The notes: generated by a model from the sequence alone, not told the origin. A stretch of 64,000 nucleotides of DNA from Patescibacteria group bacterium (GCA_041651155.1 JBAZJU010000005.1:2653-66652); one strand, 5' to 3'; counted from the first letter of the stretch, positions 47,620 to 57,182 are shown. Program-made: numbers and translations.

Positions 47620-48177
47620 TTAGATTTTGAAATAAGTATTTATTGAACACAATATTTTAAAAAACACAGGATAAATAAGAGTCAGGATTATTAAAAATAT
47701 AATGATGAGAAAAAACCCTTGGCTGGCTTTTATTGCCTGCTTTTTTATTTGGGAATTAATTAGCGCCAGGATTTGGAAAATAATAGCTAATAAAATACTG
47801 CCGATAAAAATGCCCATTAATAATTTATCAAAGCCGCAGATTTGGTTAGGAGACAAGGATATTAATTTTGAGAAATAGAGGGTAGCTATTACGAAAAAAT
47901 AAATTAAAAAAGAAATAATCAGCCAGGCATATTTGAAATAATAGTTTTTTTTCTTCAGCCAATAAATTAACCATTTGCTTAATAAAATGATTAAGCCCCC
48001 CGTATAAAGGCCGATTAAAAGCCGATCTATGCCCAGCCACAAAGCTAAGCCGGCGGCTGCTGGCAAAGCCAATAAACAGACAGGACAGGCAGCATTTATT
48101 GGAGAAACCAGAATAAAGCAAAAAAATAGGATAGTGATTAAGCAAAAAAAAGAAAATTTTAACCAATGATTTTTCAT
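47620..48177 (-). CDS. Polytopic membrane protein with a CPVC motif, hypothetical
   Basis: 185 aa, five or six hydrophobic helices, AACPVCLLALPAAAG. Confidence 0.45.
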   Translation of the reverse strand: MKNHWLKFSFFCLITILFFCFILVSPINAACPVCLLALPAAAGLALWLGIDRLLIGLYTGGLIILLSKWLIYWLKKKNYYFKYAWLIISFLIYFFVIATLYFSKLISLSPNQICGFDKLLMGIFIGSILLAIIFQILALINSQIKKQAIKASQGFFLIIIFLIILTLIYPVFFKILCSINTYFKI

Positions 48178-48191
48178 AGTCTAAAATTATA

Positions 48192-48265
48192 TCGGGCTGG
48201 CGGGACTTGAACCCGCGACCTCATCGTCCCGAACGATGCGCGCTAGCCAACTGCGCTACAGCCCG
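48192..48265 (-). tRNA. tRNA-Pro (anticodon CGG)
   Basis: Cloverleaf CGGGCUG acceptor / GCGCAGUUGGCUAGCGC D-arm / CAUCG-UUCGGGA-CGAUG anticodon arm / GCGGGUUCAAGUCCCGC T-arm / discriminator A. No encoded CCA. Confidence 0.85.
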
Positions 48266-48394
48266 TAATTATTAAATTTTTAACTAACTATCCGCAGTTG
48301 GCTGTTGTCATTTATTTTTGTATCTTTTCCGACTGCCTGCCCGCCAAAGCTTTCCTGTCTGCCGTAGCTTCAGCGAAGGCAGAAGCGGCGGTGG

Positions 48395-48478
48395 GCGCTA
48401 CAGCCCGCTGGAATAACTTTACAACTCTACGACTCTACGACCCTACAATAATACAACTCTACGAACTTTACAATTATA
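48395..48478. repeat. 13-nt duplicate of the tRNA-Pro 5' end (GCGCTACAGCCCG), followed by a degenerate 8-9 bp microsatellite ((A/C)CTCTACGA x ~6)
   Basis: Exact 13-mer also at 48253-48265. ACTCTACGACTCTACGACCCTACAATAATACAACTCTACGAACTTTACAA. Confidence 0.4.
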
Positions 48479-48643
48479 GTATTGATTTCAAAAAGCCGCC
48501 GAGCTGATTGATTATTTTATCAATTGAAATATAGATTTTTTTAAAAAGTTCTGGGGAAATAGAATTTTGTTCTGACAAGGTATCGGCACAGGCTAATAAT
48601 TCATAACATGAGTCAGCCCTTTATCAAAATTTTGGGTCATAAA

Positions 48644-50758
48644 TTATTTTAGATTAATGATATAAATTTTACCATCTGTGAAAAACTGATCACCGGTAAA
48701 ATTTTTACCCAAAAACGGATCAACGAATTGTTCTTTGTAATAATTTTTGATTAAATCTGATTTTTGCAGATCTGTAAAAAAAACTTCTCTTTCAGTATCA
48801 ATATCAGGGTTAATTGTATGAACAACCAGCCATTTTATGCCAACATCCAAACTTGCCGTACCAACGTAGATAATTTTTCCGTCAGTAGTCTTATAATCAG
48901 TTCGCCAGAATCTGGCATGGTGTCTTTGCCTCACCGTGTTATCGCTAGTCGGTTTTTCAAAACCAAAGTCATTGATATTGGCATTCCAAAATGAAGGTGT
49001 CATGGGCGCGCTGTCATAACTTTGATTTAAAATTGCTGACTTGGCTATTTTTGTTAAGGTGTTTAAATTAGCAGGTTCTGCCAGGATCCAGCCCGATTTT
49101 TTAAAAGCACTAATAAGTTCATCGTCATTTTGGGCAATTAATATAAAGCTGAGCGGTTCTTGTTTGGTGCCGTCTAGAGTTTCAGTATATTTTGAAAGAT
49201 TAAAATCACTGAAAATTTTTATTGGTTCAGACTTGATTGTCTGAATTGCCATTATTTTTTCTGGAAAAATTACTTCAGGCTTAAAGTAATAGGCAAAACC
49301 AATATAATAAAATATGGAAACAACAATTAAAGCAATGGTTATTATTTTAAGGGTTTTTGCGGTTTTTATTTTGTCTGATTTCTCTTTTTTAAAGCTTGGC
49401 CATTCAATCAGATTAATGCCAATTATTAACCACAGCAAAGCCAGTAAATATCCGCCTAAAACATCGCTTAGATAATGCAGGCCTAGATAAAGCCGGCTAA
49501 AACCTACGGCAATTATTACCAAAGCGCCGGCAAATAAAATATTTAACTTGTTTTTCCAATTCTTTAAATTACGCCAGCTAAAATATATCAAAAATCCAAA
49601 AAGAGCCATGGCCAGGGCTGCATGTCCGCTGGGAAAGGAGGCGGATTTTTCCAAATAAATTGCTACTTCTTCAGGCCTTGGCCGTCTGATGATTATTTTG
49701 CCAAGATAGACGAAAATTTCCGTGCCAGCGAGTATCAGCCAGAAAGGTAAAATGTAATTTTTTTTATGCCAGAGCCATAAGAGTCCTGAAATAAGGGCTA
49801 TTATTCCTAATTCAAATTCCCATTCCCCCAAAATAGTTATCCAGGTGAAAATTTTTACTAAACTTGCCTGGCGAAAAACAAAAAGCAGATTTTCCAGGCG
49901 AATATCTGCCAGGGCAATTGGCATGGCGATTAAAATTGATCTTATAATGCCCAAAAAAAGTGAGAGAAGATAAATAAAAGCTAGCGCAAAAAGTGTTAAG
50001 GGTAAGCCTGTGAATTTTGTCCTGTCCAGGCGGCGTTTGATGATCCTAAAAATTAAGGGATGATTTTTAATCAAATTTATTACCTCAGGGTTTTTTGTAA
50101 TCGCCTGGATAATAGAAATTAAAATTGATTTAAAAAATAAAAGGAACCTTTTTCCTTCTTTTAAAATTAATTCTTTGAGCAGATAATAAAGCACAAGAAA
50201 AATAGCTATCACGAGCAGAAAAATGCTGGCTCTGGTAGAATAAGCTGCAATCACTTGCCAGGCCTGGCCGAAAAAGTAACCTAAAAAAAGATAAAACATG
50301 GCCCAGGCAAAGGCGCTCAAGACATTCCAAAAAATAAATTTTTTAGTCTCCATTTTAAAAATACCTGCTACAAAAGGGATGATCGGTCGGATTGGGCCGA
50401 TAAATCTGCCCAGAAAAATACTTTTATGCCCATGCTTTTTGAAAAATTCTTCGCCCCTGGATAAATAAGAAGATTTAAATATTTTATTTTCAGGCTTGAA
50501 AAATTTTTTTGCTTTTTTGCCCAAATAAAAACTCAAGCCATCACCCAAAATTGCACCAAGGACTGCGAACCAGATTAAATCGCTTATCTCAAACATCCCT
50601 TTGCCAGCCAAAAAGCCAATAAAGACAGTAAGGATTGTGCCAGGAATAAAAAGTCCGACAAAGGCCAGAGATTCTACAAAGGAAATTAAAAAAACCAGCA
50701 AATAGCTGAAATTTTGCAGTTTTTGTAAAATGGTAATTAAAACATCAATATAATTCAT
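48644..50758 (-). CDS. Fusion membrane protein: DedA/SNARE-associated domain + PAP2 (undecaprenyl-diphosphatase-like acid phosphatase) + large C-terminal extracytoplasmic domain
   Basis: 704 aa. DedA-like N-terminus (FVGLFIPGTILTV...GRFIGPIRP). PAP2 motifs KIIIRRPRP, SFPSGHAA, HYLSDVLGG. Confidence 0.75.
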   Translation of the reverse strand: MNYIDVLITILQKLQNFSYLLVFLISFVESLAFVGLFIPGTILTVFIGFLAGKGMFEISDLIWFAVLGAILGDGLSFYLGKKAKKFFKPENKIFKSSYLSRGEEFFKKHGHKSIFLGRFIGPIRPIIPFVAGIFKMETKKFIFWNVLSAFAWAMFYLFLGYFFGQAWQVIAAYSTRASIFLLVIAIFLVLYYLLKELILKEGKRFLLFFKSILISIIQAITKNPEVINLIKNHPLIFRIIKRRLDRTKFTGLPLTLFALAFIYLLSLFLGIIRSILIAMPIALADIRLENLLFVFRQASLVKIFTWITILGEWEFELGIIALISGLLWLWHKKNYILPFWLILAGTEIFVYLGKIIIRRPRPEEVAIYLEKSASFPSGHAALAMALFGFLIYFSWRNLKNWKNKLNILFAGALVIIAVGFSRLYLGLHYLSDVLGGYLLALLWLIIGINLIEWPSFKKEKSDKIKTAKTLKIITIALIVVSIFYYIGFAYYFKPEVIFPEKIMAIQTIKSEPIKIFSDFNLSKYTETLDGTKQEPLSFILIAQNDDELISAFKKSGWILAEPANLNTLTKIAKSAILNQSYDSAPMTPSFWNANINDFGFEKPTSDNTVRQRHHARFWRTDYKTTDGKIIYVGTASLDVGIKWLVVHTINPDIDTEREVFFTDLQKSDLIKNYYKEQFVDPFLGKNFTGDQFFTDGKIYIINLK

Positions 50759-50823
50759 ATTTCTTAAATTTTAGCATTTTCTAAGCAATTTTAAAAGCCC
50801 AAAAAATGGGCTTTTAATATTAT

Positions 50824-50898
50824 TCGGGGCGGCGGGATTTGAACCCACGATCTTCGGACCCCCAGCCCGACGCTCTAGACCAGCTGAGCCACACCCCG
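50824..50898 (-). tRNA. tRNA-Pro (anticodon GGG)
   Basis: CGGGGUG acceptor / GCUCAGCUGGUCUAGAGC D-arm / UCGGG-CUGGGGG-UCCGA anticodon arm / GUGGGUUCAAAUCCCGC T-arm / discriminator A. Confidence 0.85.
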
Positions 50899-51218
50899 CA
50901 GTGAAAAATAACAAATGTCAAAATCCAAACCTTTGTTTGCCAAAGCCCCGCACTGCGGGGCGAAGGCAAATATCAAAAAAATAACAAAATATAAAATTTA
51001 AATAATCAAACGTTTTGGCATTAAGTATTTGAGTTTTGAATTTATTTTGTTATTGAGCATTTGTTATTTGTCATTAAAGCGGTTTAATTTTAACCCCTTT
51101 TTACTCCTTTTACTCCTCTTGCCCTTTTTACCCTTCTACCTCATATCTTATTCCATCTTCAAACTTTCTTCAACTAAAAACCCCCGGGTTTTAGGCCAGG
51201 GGTTTTTAATGAGTACAT

Positions 51219-51371
51219 TTATTTAGCTGCGCCAATTTTGAACATTTTGGTGCCGCACACAGGACAAATACCTGTGACTGCTGGTCTGCCATTTTTCATT
51301 TTAATTTCTTTAGCATCTTTCATTGTCTGTTTGGCTTTGCATTTAACACAGTAAGCTTGAACATCGGCCAT
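51219..51371 (-). CDS. Small zinc-ribbon protein (50 aa, CVKC ... CPVC); not in the ORF track
   Basis: Translated by hand as MADVQAYCVKCKAKQTMKDAKEIKMKNGRPAVTGICPVCGTKMFKIGAAK. Immediately downstream of rpmB on the same strand. Terminator hairpin follows on the minus strand (51177-51210). Confidence 0.55.
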   Translation of the reverse strand: MADVQAYCVKCKAKQTMKDAKEIKMKNGRPAVTGICPVCGTKMFKIGAAK

Positions 51372-51460
51372 AGATATGAAGTTAATAATTATTAATTTAT
51401 AAGGATTTCTCTTAATAGTTGCTTGGATTTTATTTAGAGTTAAAGGAATTTCTTAACAAT

Positions 51461-51640
51461 TTAAACCCTGGCAGCCTTAACTCTGGTTTTTAAGCAGCTG
51501 GTACAAATTTTTGTTTTTTTGCCATCTATAGTTTTCGCCTGCAAATTAATATACTTCTTCTTTAGGGTTTTAATGTTGGAATGGCTGCGGCTGGCAGAAG
51601 TTTTAGGACCGCGTCCGCATATTTCACAAGTTCGCGACAT
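51461..51640 (-). CDS. rpmB: 50S ribosomal protein L28 (short, 59 aa); not in the ORF track
   Basis: Translated by hand as MSRTCEICGRGPKTSASRSHSNIKTLKKKYINLQAKTIDGKKTKICTSCLKTRVKAARV, with the canonical MSR.C...G......SHS start of L28. Confidence 0.8.
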   Translation of the reverse strand: MSRTCEICGRGPKTSASRSHSNIKTLKKKYINLQAKTIDGKKTKICTSCLKTRVKAARV

Positions 51641-51765
51641 AATGATAAGATTAATTTGAGTAAGACTTTGTAAGACGATGGTAAGACAATTGTATTACAA
51701 TGTTTTACTATCGTTTTACCCATTATTCCCAGTTTAGCAGATAAATATAATTTAATCAAGACCAT

Positions 51766-52431
51766 ATGCTATTATTAAATTTTTTTAGCCAACCTTTAAT
51801 CGGTGTAGCTTTTATTTTAGCTTTATTGATTGTTTTAACATTTCATGAATTTTTTCATGCCCTGGTGGCTGTTTGGCAGGGAGATAATACTGCCAAAGAT
51901 GCTGGCAGGCTGACTTTAAACCCCTTAGCTCATTTGGATCTAACAGGCACAATTTTGTTATTGCTTATAGGTTTTGGCTGGGGCAAACCAGTGCCGGTTA
52001 ATTATTATAATTTGAAAAATCAAAAATGGGGTCCGGCCATTGTTTCAGCTGCCGGGCCTTTTGCCAATTTAATTATGGCAATTATTTTTTCTGTGGTTTT
52101 TAAACTAATTGCTCCGAGTAATCTCAATCCAGTAGCAGTTTTGAGCGGCGCTTCAGGAAATCTACTTTTGATTTTTCTTTCATTTTTGATTATTTATAGC
52201 TTGATTTTGATGGTTTTTAATCTTATACCCATTCCTCCTCTTGATGGCTCAAAGATTTTTTTTGCTTTTTTACCGCCAAAATATGACTATATCCAGGCCT
52301 ATTTAGAAAAAAACGGGCCGCTTATTTTGTTAATTTTAATAATTGCTGATAATTTTTTAGGCATTGGCATTATTAGCGCGTTTTTTAATTTAATTATCAA
52401 TTTATTTCTCCGGCTTTACAGCATATTGTGA
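51766..52431 (+). CDS. Peptidase M50 family (site-2 protease-like) integral membrane zinc metalloprotease
   Basis: HEFFHALVA HExxH inside a TM helix. LNPLAHLD motif. Polytopic, 221 aa. Confidence 0.7.
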   Translation: MLLLNFFSQPLIGVAFILALLIVLTFHEFFHALVAVWQGDNTAKDAGRLTLNPLAHLDLTGTILLLLIGFGWGKPVPVNYYNLKNQKWGPAIVSAAGPFANLIMAIIFSVVFKLIAPSNLNPVAVLSGASGNLLLIFLSFLIIYSLILMVFNLIPIPPLDGSKIFFAFLPPKYDYIQAYLEKNGPLILLILIIADNFLGIGIISAFFNLIINLFLRLYSIL

Positions 52432-52436
52432 AATTC

Positions 52437-52465
52437 TTGACTTTTTTAGAGTAAGAGTGTAGAAT
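52437..52465 (+). promoter_or_regulatory. Candidate sigma70-like promoter of the str operon (TTGACT, 17 nt, TAGAAT), followed by two tandem hairpins with identical stems in the rpsL leader (52498-52527)
   Basis: Consensus -35 and near-consensus -10. TCAGCC-AAA-GGCTGA immediately followed by TCAGCC-ACT-GGCTGA. Confidence 0.4.
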
Positions 52466-52558
52466 AAAATCACAATAAAACACAGAGTTTTATTTTTTCA
52501 GCCAAAGGCTGATCAGCCACTGGCTGATATTTTTAATTTAAATTTTAAATTTTTTAAA

Positions 52559-52987
52559 ATGCCAACAATCAACCAGTTAGTTAAAAAAGGACGCAAACAA
52601 TCCAGCCATAAATCCAAGACGCCTGCTTTGGAAAGTGTTTTTAATACGATTAAAAGAAAGAGAAAAACATTGGATAAAGGCAATCCTTATAAAAGAGGCG
52701 TGTGCTTAAAAGTAACAACTACTACCCCTAAAAAACCTAATTCAGCCTTAAGAAAGATTGCCAGAGTCAGGCTTTCTAATGGCATGGAAGTGACTGCTTA
52801 TATTCCTGGCGAAGGCCATAATTTGCAGGAGCACTCAATTGTGATGATTCGCGGCGGCCGTGTCAAAGATTTGCCTGGCGTGCGTTATCATATTGTCCGC
52901 GGCCGTTATGATACCCAGGGAGTTGAAGGCAGACAAAAAGGCCGTTCAATTTATGGCGTTAAAAAGCCTAAAAAAGCTAAAGCTTAA
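52559..52987 (+). CDS. rpsL: 30S ribosomal protein S12 (with ~20-aa internal insertion)
   Basis: [13 protein letters not shown] ... [10 protein letters not shown] ... [13 protein letters not shown]. Confidence 0.95.
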   Translation: MPTINQLVKKGRKQSSHKSKTPALESVFNTIKRKRKTLDKGNPYKRGVCLKVTTTTPKKPNSALRKIARVRLSNGMEVTAYIPGEGHNLQEHSIVMIRGGRVKDLPGVRYHIVRGRYDTQGVEGRQKGRSIYGVKKPKKAKA

Positions 52988-53019
52988 TTAACTTATTCAT
53001 TTAATACTGTTTAAAAAAT

Positions 53020-53490
53020 ATGAGAGGCAAACCAGCACCTAAAAGAAATATTCAGCCAGATCCTAAATTTAAAAATGCGCAGATTGCTAAATTTATCAAT
53101 TATTTAATGAGAAGAGGCAAGAGATCTACAGCCCAAAGGATCGTTTATAATGCTTTTGAAATTGTTTCTGATAAAACCAAGCAAGATGCATTGGAGATTT
53201 TTGAAAAAGCTTTGAAAAATGTCAGCCCATCTTTAGAAGTGCGCGGCCGCAGAATTGGCGGCGCTAATTACCAGATACCTTTTCCTGTCAGAACAGAAAG
53301 AAAATTTGCCTTAGCCAGCCGCTGGCTGATTGAGGCCAGCCAAAAAAGAAAAGGCAAAGCCATGGCAGAAAAATTAGCCATGGAAATCATGGATGCAGCC
53401 AATGAAACAGGGGATGCATTTAAGAAAAAACAGGATGTTCATAGAATGGCTGAAGCCAATCGCGCTTTTGCTCACTTTGCTCGATATTAA
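53020..53490 (+). CDS. rpsG: 30S ribosomal protein S7
   Basis: 156 aa with canonical S7 motifs. Confidence 0.95.
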   Translation: MRGKPAPKRNIQPDPKFKNAQIAKFINYLMRRGKRSTAQRIVYNAFEIVSDKTKQDALEIFEKALKNVSPSLEVRGRRIGGANYQIPFPVRTERKFALASRWLIEASQKRKGKAMAEKLAMEIMDAANETGDAFKKKQDVHRMAEANRAFAHFARY

Positions 53491-53491
53491 T

Positions 53492-53578
53492 CTACAGATT
53501 ACAGATATGTACTGATGTACAAATATTTAATTTGTGGAGTTCAAATCTGTAAAATCTGTATGTATCTGTAATCTGTAG
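53492..53578. repeat. Perfect 16-nt inverted repeat (CTACAGATTACAGATA / TATCTGTAATCTGTAG) flanking a ~55-nt spacer, between rpsG and the MazG-like gene. The ACAGATTACA motif recurs at 56064 after fusA.
   Basis: Seen directly. IR arms at 53492-53507 and 53563-53578. Confidence 0.45.
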
Positions 53579-53589
53579 TAAAAAAGCTT

Positions 53590-53940
53590 ATGGATCTAAA
53601 ACAAATAATAGAACAGCAGAAAGATTTTGATAGAAAGCATTTTGGAGAGATTAAATTAACACCAGAAAGATTGCTTTATTTAATGACTTGTTTAGCTGGA
53701 GAAACTGGTGAACTCGCAAATTTAGTTAAAAAATATTATCGTGAAAAAGTAAGAAATTATCGGTTACCTACTGATGGTCAAGAGGATTTCTTAAGCTTAA
53801 TGAAAGAAGAATTAACCGATGTATTTATTTACACAATAATTCTTTCTTATATGCTGGATGTTGATTTAGAGAAAGAATTTTTTAATAAGCTGAAAAAAAA
53901 TGAAGAACGGTTTAAAAATGTAAATTTAAACAATTTATAA
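53590..53940 (+). CDS. MazG-like nucleoside-triphosphate pyrophosphohydrolase, inserted between rpsG and fusA
   Basis: 116 aa. All-alpha EExxE motifs (LAGETGELANLVKK ... EELTDVFIY) typical of MazG/NTP-PPase. Confidence 0.65.
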   Translation: MDLKQIIEQQKDFDRKHFGEIKLTPERLLYLMTCLAGETGELANLVKKYYREKVRNYRLPTDGQEDFLSLMKEELTDVFIYTIILSYMLDVDLEKEFFNKLKKNEERFKNVNLNNL

Positions 53941-53962
53941 TTCGTAATTCAGAATTAAATTT

Positions 53963-56038
53963 ATGCCTAGAGAATATTCATTAGAAAATACCAGAAACAT
54001 CGGGATTATGGCCCATATTGACGCCGGCAAGACAACTATGACCGAGCGTGTTTTGTTTTACACTGGTAAAAAACATAAGATTGGCGAAGTTCATTATGGC
54101 GAAGCTGAAATGGACTGGATGGAACAAGAAAAGGAAAGAGGCATTACAATTACTGCCGCCGCAACTACTTGTTTTTGGAAAGATCATCGCATTAACATAA
54201 TTGATACCCCGGGCCATGTTGATTTTACTGTTGAAGTAGAAAGATCACTCCGCGTCTTGGATGGCGCAGTGGCAGTTTTTGATGGCTCGCAAGGCGTAGA
54301 ACCGCAGTCAGAAACAGTCTGGCACCAGGCAGCAAAATATAGCGTGCCGAGAATTGCTTTTGTAAATAAGATGGATAAAATTGGCGCTGATTTTTATATG
54401 AGCTTACAATCAATTCAGGAACGCCTGTCTCAACACGCAGTCGCTGTCCAAATTCCAATTGGCGCTGAAGACACTTTTGCAGGCTTAGTTGATTTATTAG
54501 AAAGAAAAGCCTACAAATTTGCTGGCGAATATGGCCAGAATGTTGAGGAAATACCAATTCCTGAAGATTTAAAAACTAAAGTTGAGGAATTGAGGAAGGT
54601 ATTACTGGAAAAAGTTGCTGAAAATGATGATGACTTAATGAATAAATATCTGGCCGGTGAAGAATTAGATTTAAACCAGGTCAAACAGGTGATTCGCGCA
54701 GCAACTATTAAAAACGATTTTCATCCTGTTTATTGCGGCTCTGCTTTAAAAAATATTGGCGTGCAATTTGTTTTGGATGGGGTTGTTGCTTATCTGCCTT
54801 CGCCAAATGATATACCTCCCTTTAAAGGAAAAAATCCTGAAACTGGCGTTGCAGAACTTAGGGAAGCTAAAGATGATGCGCCATTCTGCGCTTTGGCTTT
54901 TAAAATTGCCACTGATCCTTTTGTGGGCAAATTAGCCTTTTTCCGGGTTTATTCTGGCAGTTTAAAGGCTGGTTCATATGTTTTAAATACTGCCACAGGC
55001 GATAAAGAAAGAATCGGCCGTATTGTTCGCTTACATGCTAATTCTCGCGAAGACGTGGACGAAGTTTTTTCTGGTGAAATAGCAGCTGCTATTGGTTTAA
55101 AAAATACAACTACAGGCAATACTTTATGTGATGAAAAAAAACCAATTATTTTAGAAGAAATTATTTTTCCAGAACCAGTTATTTCCGTGGCCATTGAACC
55201 AAAAACAAAAGTTGACCAGGAAAAAATGGGCATGGCCATGCAAAAATTGGCTGAAGAAGATCCGACTTTCAGAATTCGTACCAATGAAGAAACTCTGCAG
55301 ACCATTATCTCTGGCATGGGTGAATTGCATTTAGAAATTATTGTTGACCGCATGAAAAGGGAATTTAAAGTTGAGGCCAATGTCGGCGCTCCCCAGGTAG
55401 CATATAAAGAAACTGTCAAAGGTACAGCTGAAGCAGAAGGCAAATATATTAAACAATCTGGCGGCCGCGGCCAATATGGCCATTGTTGGATAAAAATTGA
55501 ACCGCGCGACCAGGGCGAAGGCTTTGAATTTGTGGATGATATTAAAGGCGGCGCTATTCCTCGTGAATTTATTCCAGCTGTTGAAAAAGGCATTAAAGAA
55601 GCTTTGACCAAAGGCATTTTGGCTGGTTATCCTGTAGTTGATGTTAAAACGACTTTATATGATGGTTCATACCATGAAGTTGATTCTTCTGAAATAGCTT
55701 TCAAAATTGCAGGCTCAATGGCTTTTACAGAGGCAGCGAAAAAAGCCAAGCCAATTATTTTGGAACCAATCATGAAAATAGAGGTAGTTATGCCTGAACA
55801 ATTCATGGGTGATGTTATTGGTGATTTAAATGCTAAACGCGCTCAGATTACCCAGATGACCGAACGCGGTAAAATGAAAGTAGTTGATGGCATGGTGCCA
55901 TTATCTGAAATGTTTGGCTATGCGACTTCCTTAAGATCAGCCACTCAAGGCCGCGCTACCTATTCCATGGAATTTGATCATTATGCTGAAACTCCAAATA
56001 ATATTGCCTTGAAAATAATTGAAGGGAAGAAAAAATAA
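53963..56038 (+). CDS. fusA: Elongation factor G
   Basis: 691 aa. [21 protein letters not shown]. Confidence 0.95.
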   Translation: MPREYSLENTRNIGIMAHIDAGKTTMTERVLFYTGKKHKIGEVHYGEAEMDWMEQEKERGITITAAATTCFWKDHRINIIDTPGHVDFTVEVERSLRVLDGAVAVFDGSQGVEPQSETVWHQAAKYSVPRIAFVNKMDKIGADFYMSLQSIQERLSQHAVAVQIPIGAEDTFAGLVDLLERKAYKFAGEYGQNVEEIPIPEDLKTKVEELRKVLLEKVAENDDDLMNKYLAGEELDLNQVKQVIRAATIKNDFHPVYCGSALKNIGVQFVLDGVVAYLPSPNDIPPFKGKNPETGVAELREAKDDAPFCALAFKIATDPFVGKLAFFRVYSGSLKAGSYVLNTATGDKERIGRIVRLHANSREDVDEVFSGEIAAAIGLKNTTTGNTLCDEKKPIILEEIIFPEPVISVAIEPKTKVDQEKMGMAMQKLAEEDPTFRIRTNEETLQTIISGMGELHLEIIVDRMKREFKVEANVGAPQVAYKETVKGTAEAEGKYIKQSGGRGQYGHCWIKIEPRDQGEGFEFVDDIKGGAIPREFIPAVEKGIKEALTKGILAGYPVVDVKTTLYDGSYHEVDSSEIAFKIAGSMAFTEAAKKAKPIILEPIMKIEVVMPEQFMGDVIGDLNAKRAQITQMTERGKMKVVDGMVPLSEMFGYATSLRSATQGRATYSMEFDHYAETPNNIALKIIEGKKK

Positions 56039-56085
56039 GGGATAAATAAAACACTGATTTATATTCACAGATTACACTGATATAA

Positions 56086-56117
56086 AAATAGCTCTTTGAA
56101 AGAGGAGCTATTTTTTT
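56086..56117 (+). terminator. Rho-independent terminator after fusA
   Basis: AAATAGCTCTTTGAAAGAGGAGCTATTTTTTT. Confidence 0.65.
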
Positions 56118-56193
56118 ATTTTATAAAAATATTGACAGAAAAAATATAGGTGATAAAGTAATAAAAAATACTTTTTTCAAAGGAGGTAAAGAA

Positions 56194-56400
56194 ATGGACG
56201 CACCTGAATTTGTCAATAGAGTTGGGGATACTGTGGAGGTAGACGATATCCATGGTTCTTCTGATTCAGTAGTATTAAATCTTACTGAAGAAGAACAGAG
56301 ATTTTTTCGGTCTGTGGAACATAGCCAAATTCCTTTTATGATGGGCCTCCTCAACAAATGCGCAGCAAAAGGCTTCCAGTTAGGAAAAATTTCAAAATAA
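56194..56400 (+). CDS. Hypothetical small acidic protein (68 aa)
   Basis: SD AAAGGAGG 7 nt upstream. Confidence 0.45.
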   Translation: MDAPEFVNRVGDTVEVDDIHGSSDSVVLNLTEEEQRFFRSVEHSQIPFMMGLLNKCAAKGFQLGKISK

Positions 56401-56536
56401 ATTTTGCGTAAGAGTAGAATTTAAAAAAACTATTAAAATGACCTAGCGATAATTTCAAAGGGTCTTTTTTTGTATATTTTTGACTTCATATTGATTTGCT
56501 GATAATCTTTAAGCAAATTTTTCAAAGGAGGAAAAA

Positions 56537-56863
56537 ATGAGTTTCTGTTCTTTTTGCGGCAGCACGCCTGAGGGGACAGTTTTAATCGCATTTGACGAAA
56601 AGGTAAATGCCGGGATATGCGATACTTGTATTGTACTTTGCGGGGAAGTAATCGCAAACCCTACAGAAAAGGATATTCCTGAAGTTAGTTCAAAAGGTGA
56701 AAGCCATTGCACATTTTGTGGAAAAAATTCCCAGGAAGTTGGGGTATTGATTAGAGGGCCAGCTGGCAAAGTATATATATGCAGAAATTGTTTAAAAGCA
56801 GCAGCTGCAAGCATAATAAGTACTTTGCAAAATTTTCAATCAACTCAAAAACCTAACAACTGA
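56537..56863 (+). CDS. Stand-alone protein with two ClpX-type C4 zinc-binding (ZB) domains and no AAA+ module
   Basis: CSFCGSTPEGTVLIA...GICDTCIVLCGEVI and CTFCGKNSQEVGVLIRGPAGKVYICRNCL both match the ClpX N-terminal zinc-finger consensus. SD AAAGGAGG upstream. Confidence 0.7.
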   Translation: MSFCSFCGSTPEGTVLIAFDEKVNAGICDTCIVLCGEVIANPTEKDIPEVSSKGESHCTFCGKNSQEVGVLIRGPAGKVYICRNCLKAAAASIISTLQNFQSTQKPNN

Positions 56864-56869
56864 TGGCGA

Positions 56870-57182
56870 TTTAATTATGCAATGGCCAATGGGTTAAGAA
56901 ATAACCCATCTCCCACTCTGTGGAGATCCATTATCGGGGCCATGGCGCCTTAAAAAGGGGAAATAACCCAGACCAATTGCTAAGGCAAATAATGGCTAAA
57001 ACGGCCTGCCGAAGCATTGGGTGCTAACTGAAATCAGCCATAAAATGCTTTGTGCTGATCATCAGTTTTGCTGGAAATAACCAAAAATTAAATATCTTTT
57101 GTGATCATCCCAGCATAGCGCGGTAGCTAACACTCAAAACCCAATAAACAGGCTCGAATCCTCGGGCCTGTTTTAATTTTAA
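56870..57182 (+). ncRNA. Candidate small non-coding RNA (~300 nt, no ORF, moderately GC-rich, several helices) ending in a strong terminator at 57146-57180
   Basis: No ORF on either strand. AACAGGC-TCGAATCCTCGG-GCCTGTTTT terminator. The next gene is ~450 nt away, behind the repeat element. Confidence 0.25.

Noticed and set aside
48192-48480. Integrated mobile element at tRNA-Pro(CGG)
   Set aside because: The duplicated 13-mer is from the tRNA 5' end and lies only 130 nt away with no integrase or cargo between. More consistent with local duplication, decay or a microsatellite.
48298-48507. ORF 48298-48507 (+)
   Set aside because: It covers the tRNA-fragment and microsatellite region. Ala-rich translation of GC-rich repeats. 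No RBS.
51562-51765. ORF 51562-51765 (-) and 51029-51226 (+)
   Set aside because: The first overlaps rpmB in another frame. The second is a translation of a Leu/Phe-rich AT-repeat region. The real genes here are the short rpmB and zinc-ribbon ORFs.
56870-57182. tmRNA, SRP RNA or RNase P RNA identity for the ORF-free structured segment
   Set aside because: No GGGG...UUCGAC 5' motif, no T-arm or ACCA end, no plausible tag-peptide frame ending in Ala-Ala. No GGAAGCAGCC (SRP domain IV). No AGGAAAGUCC (RNase P P4).
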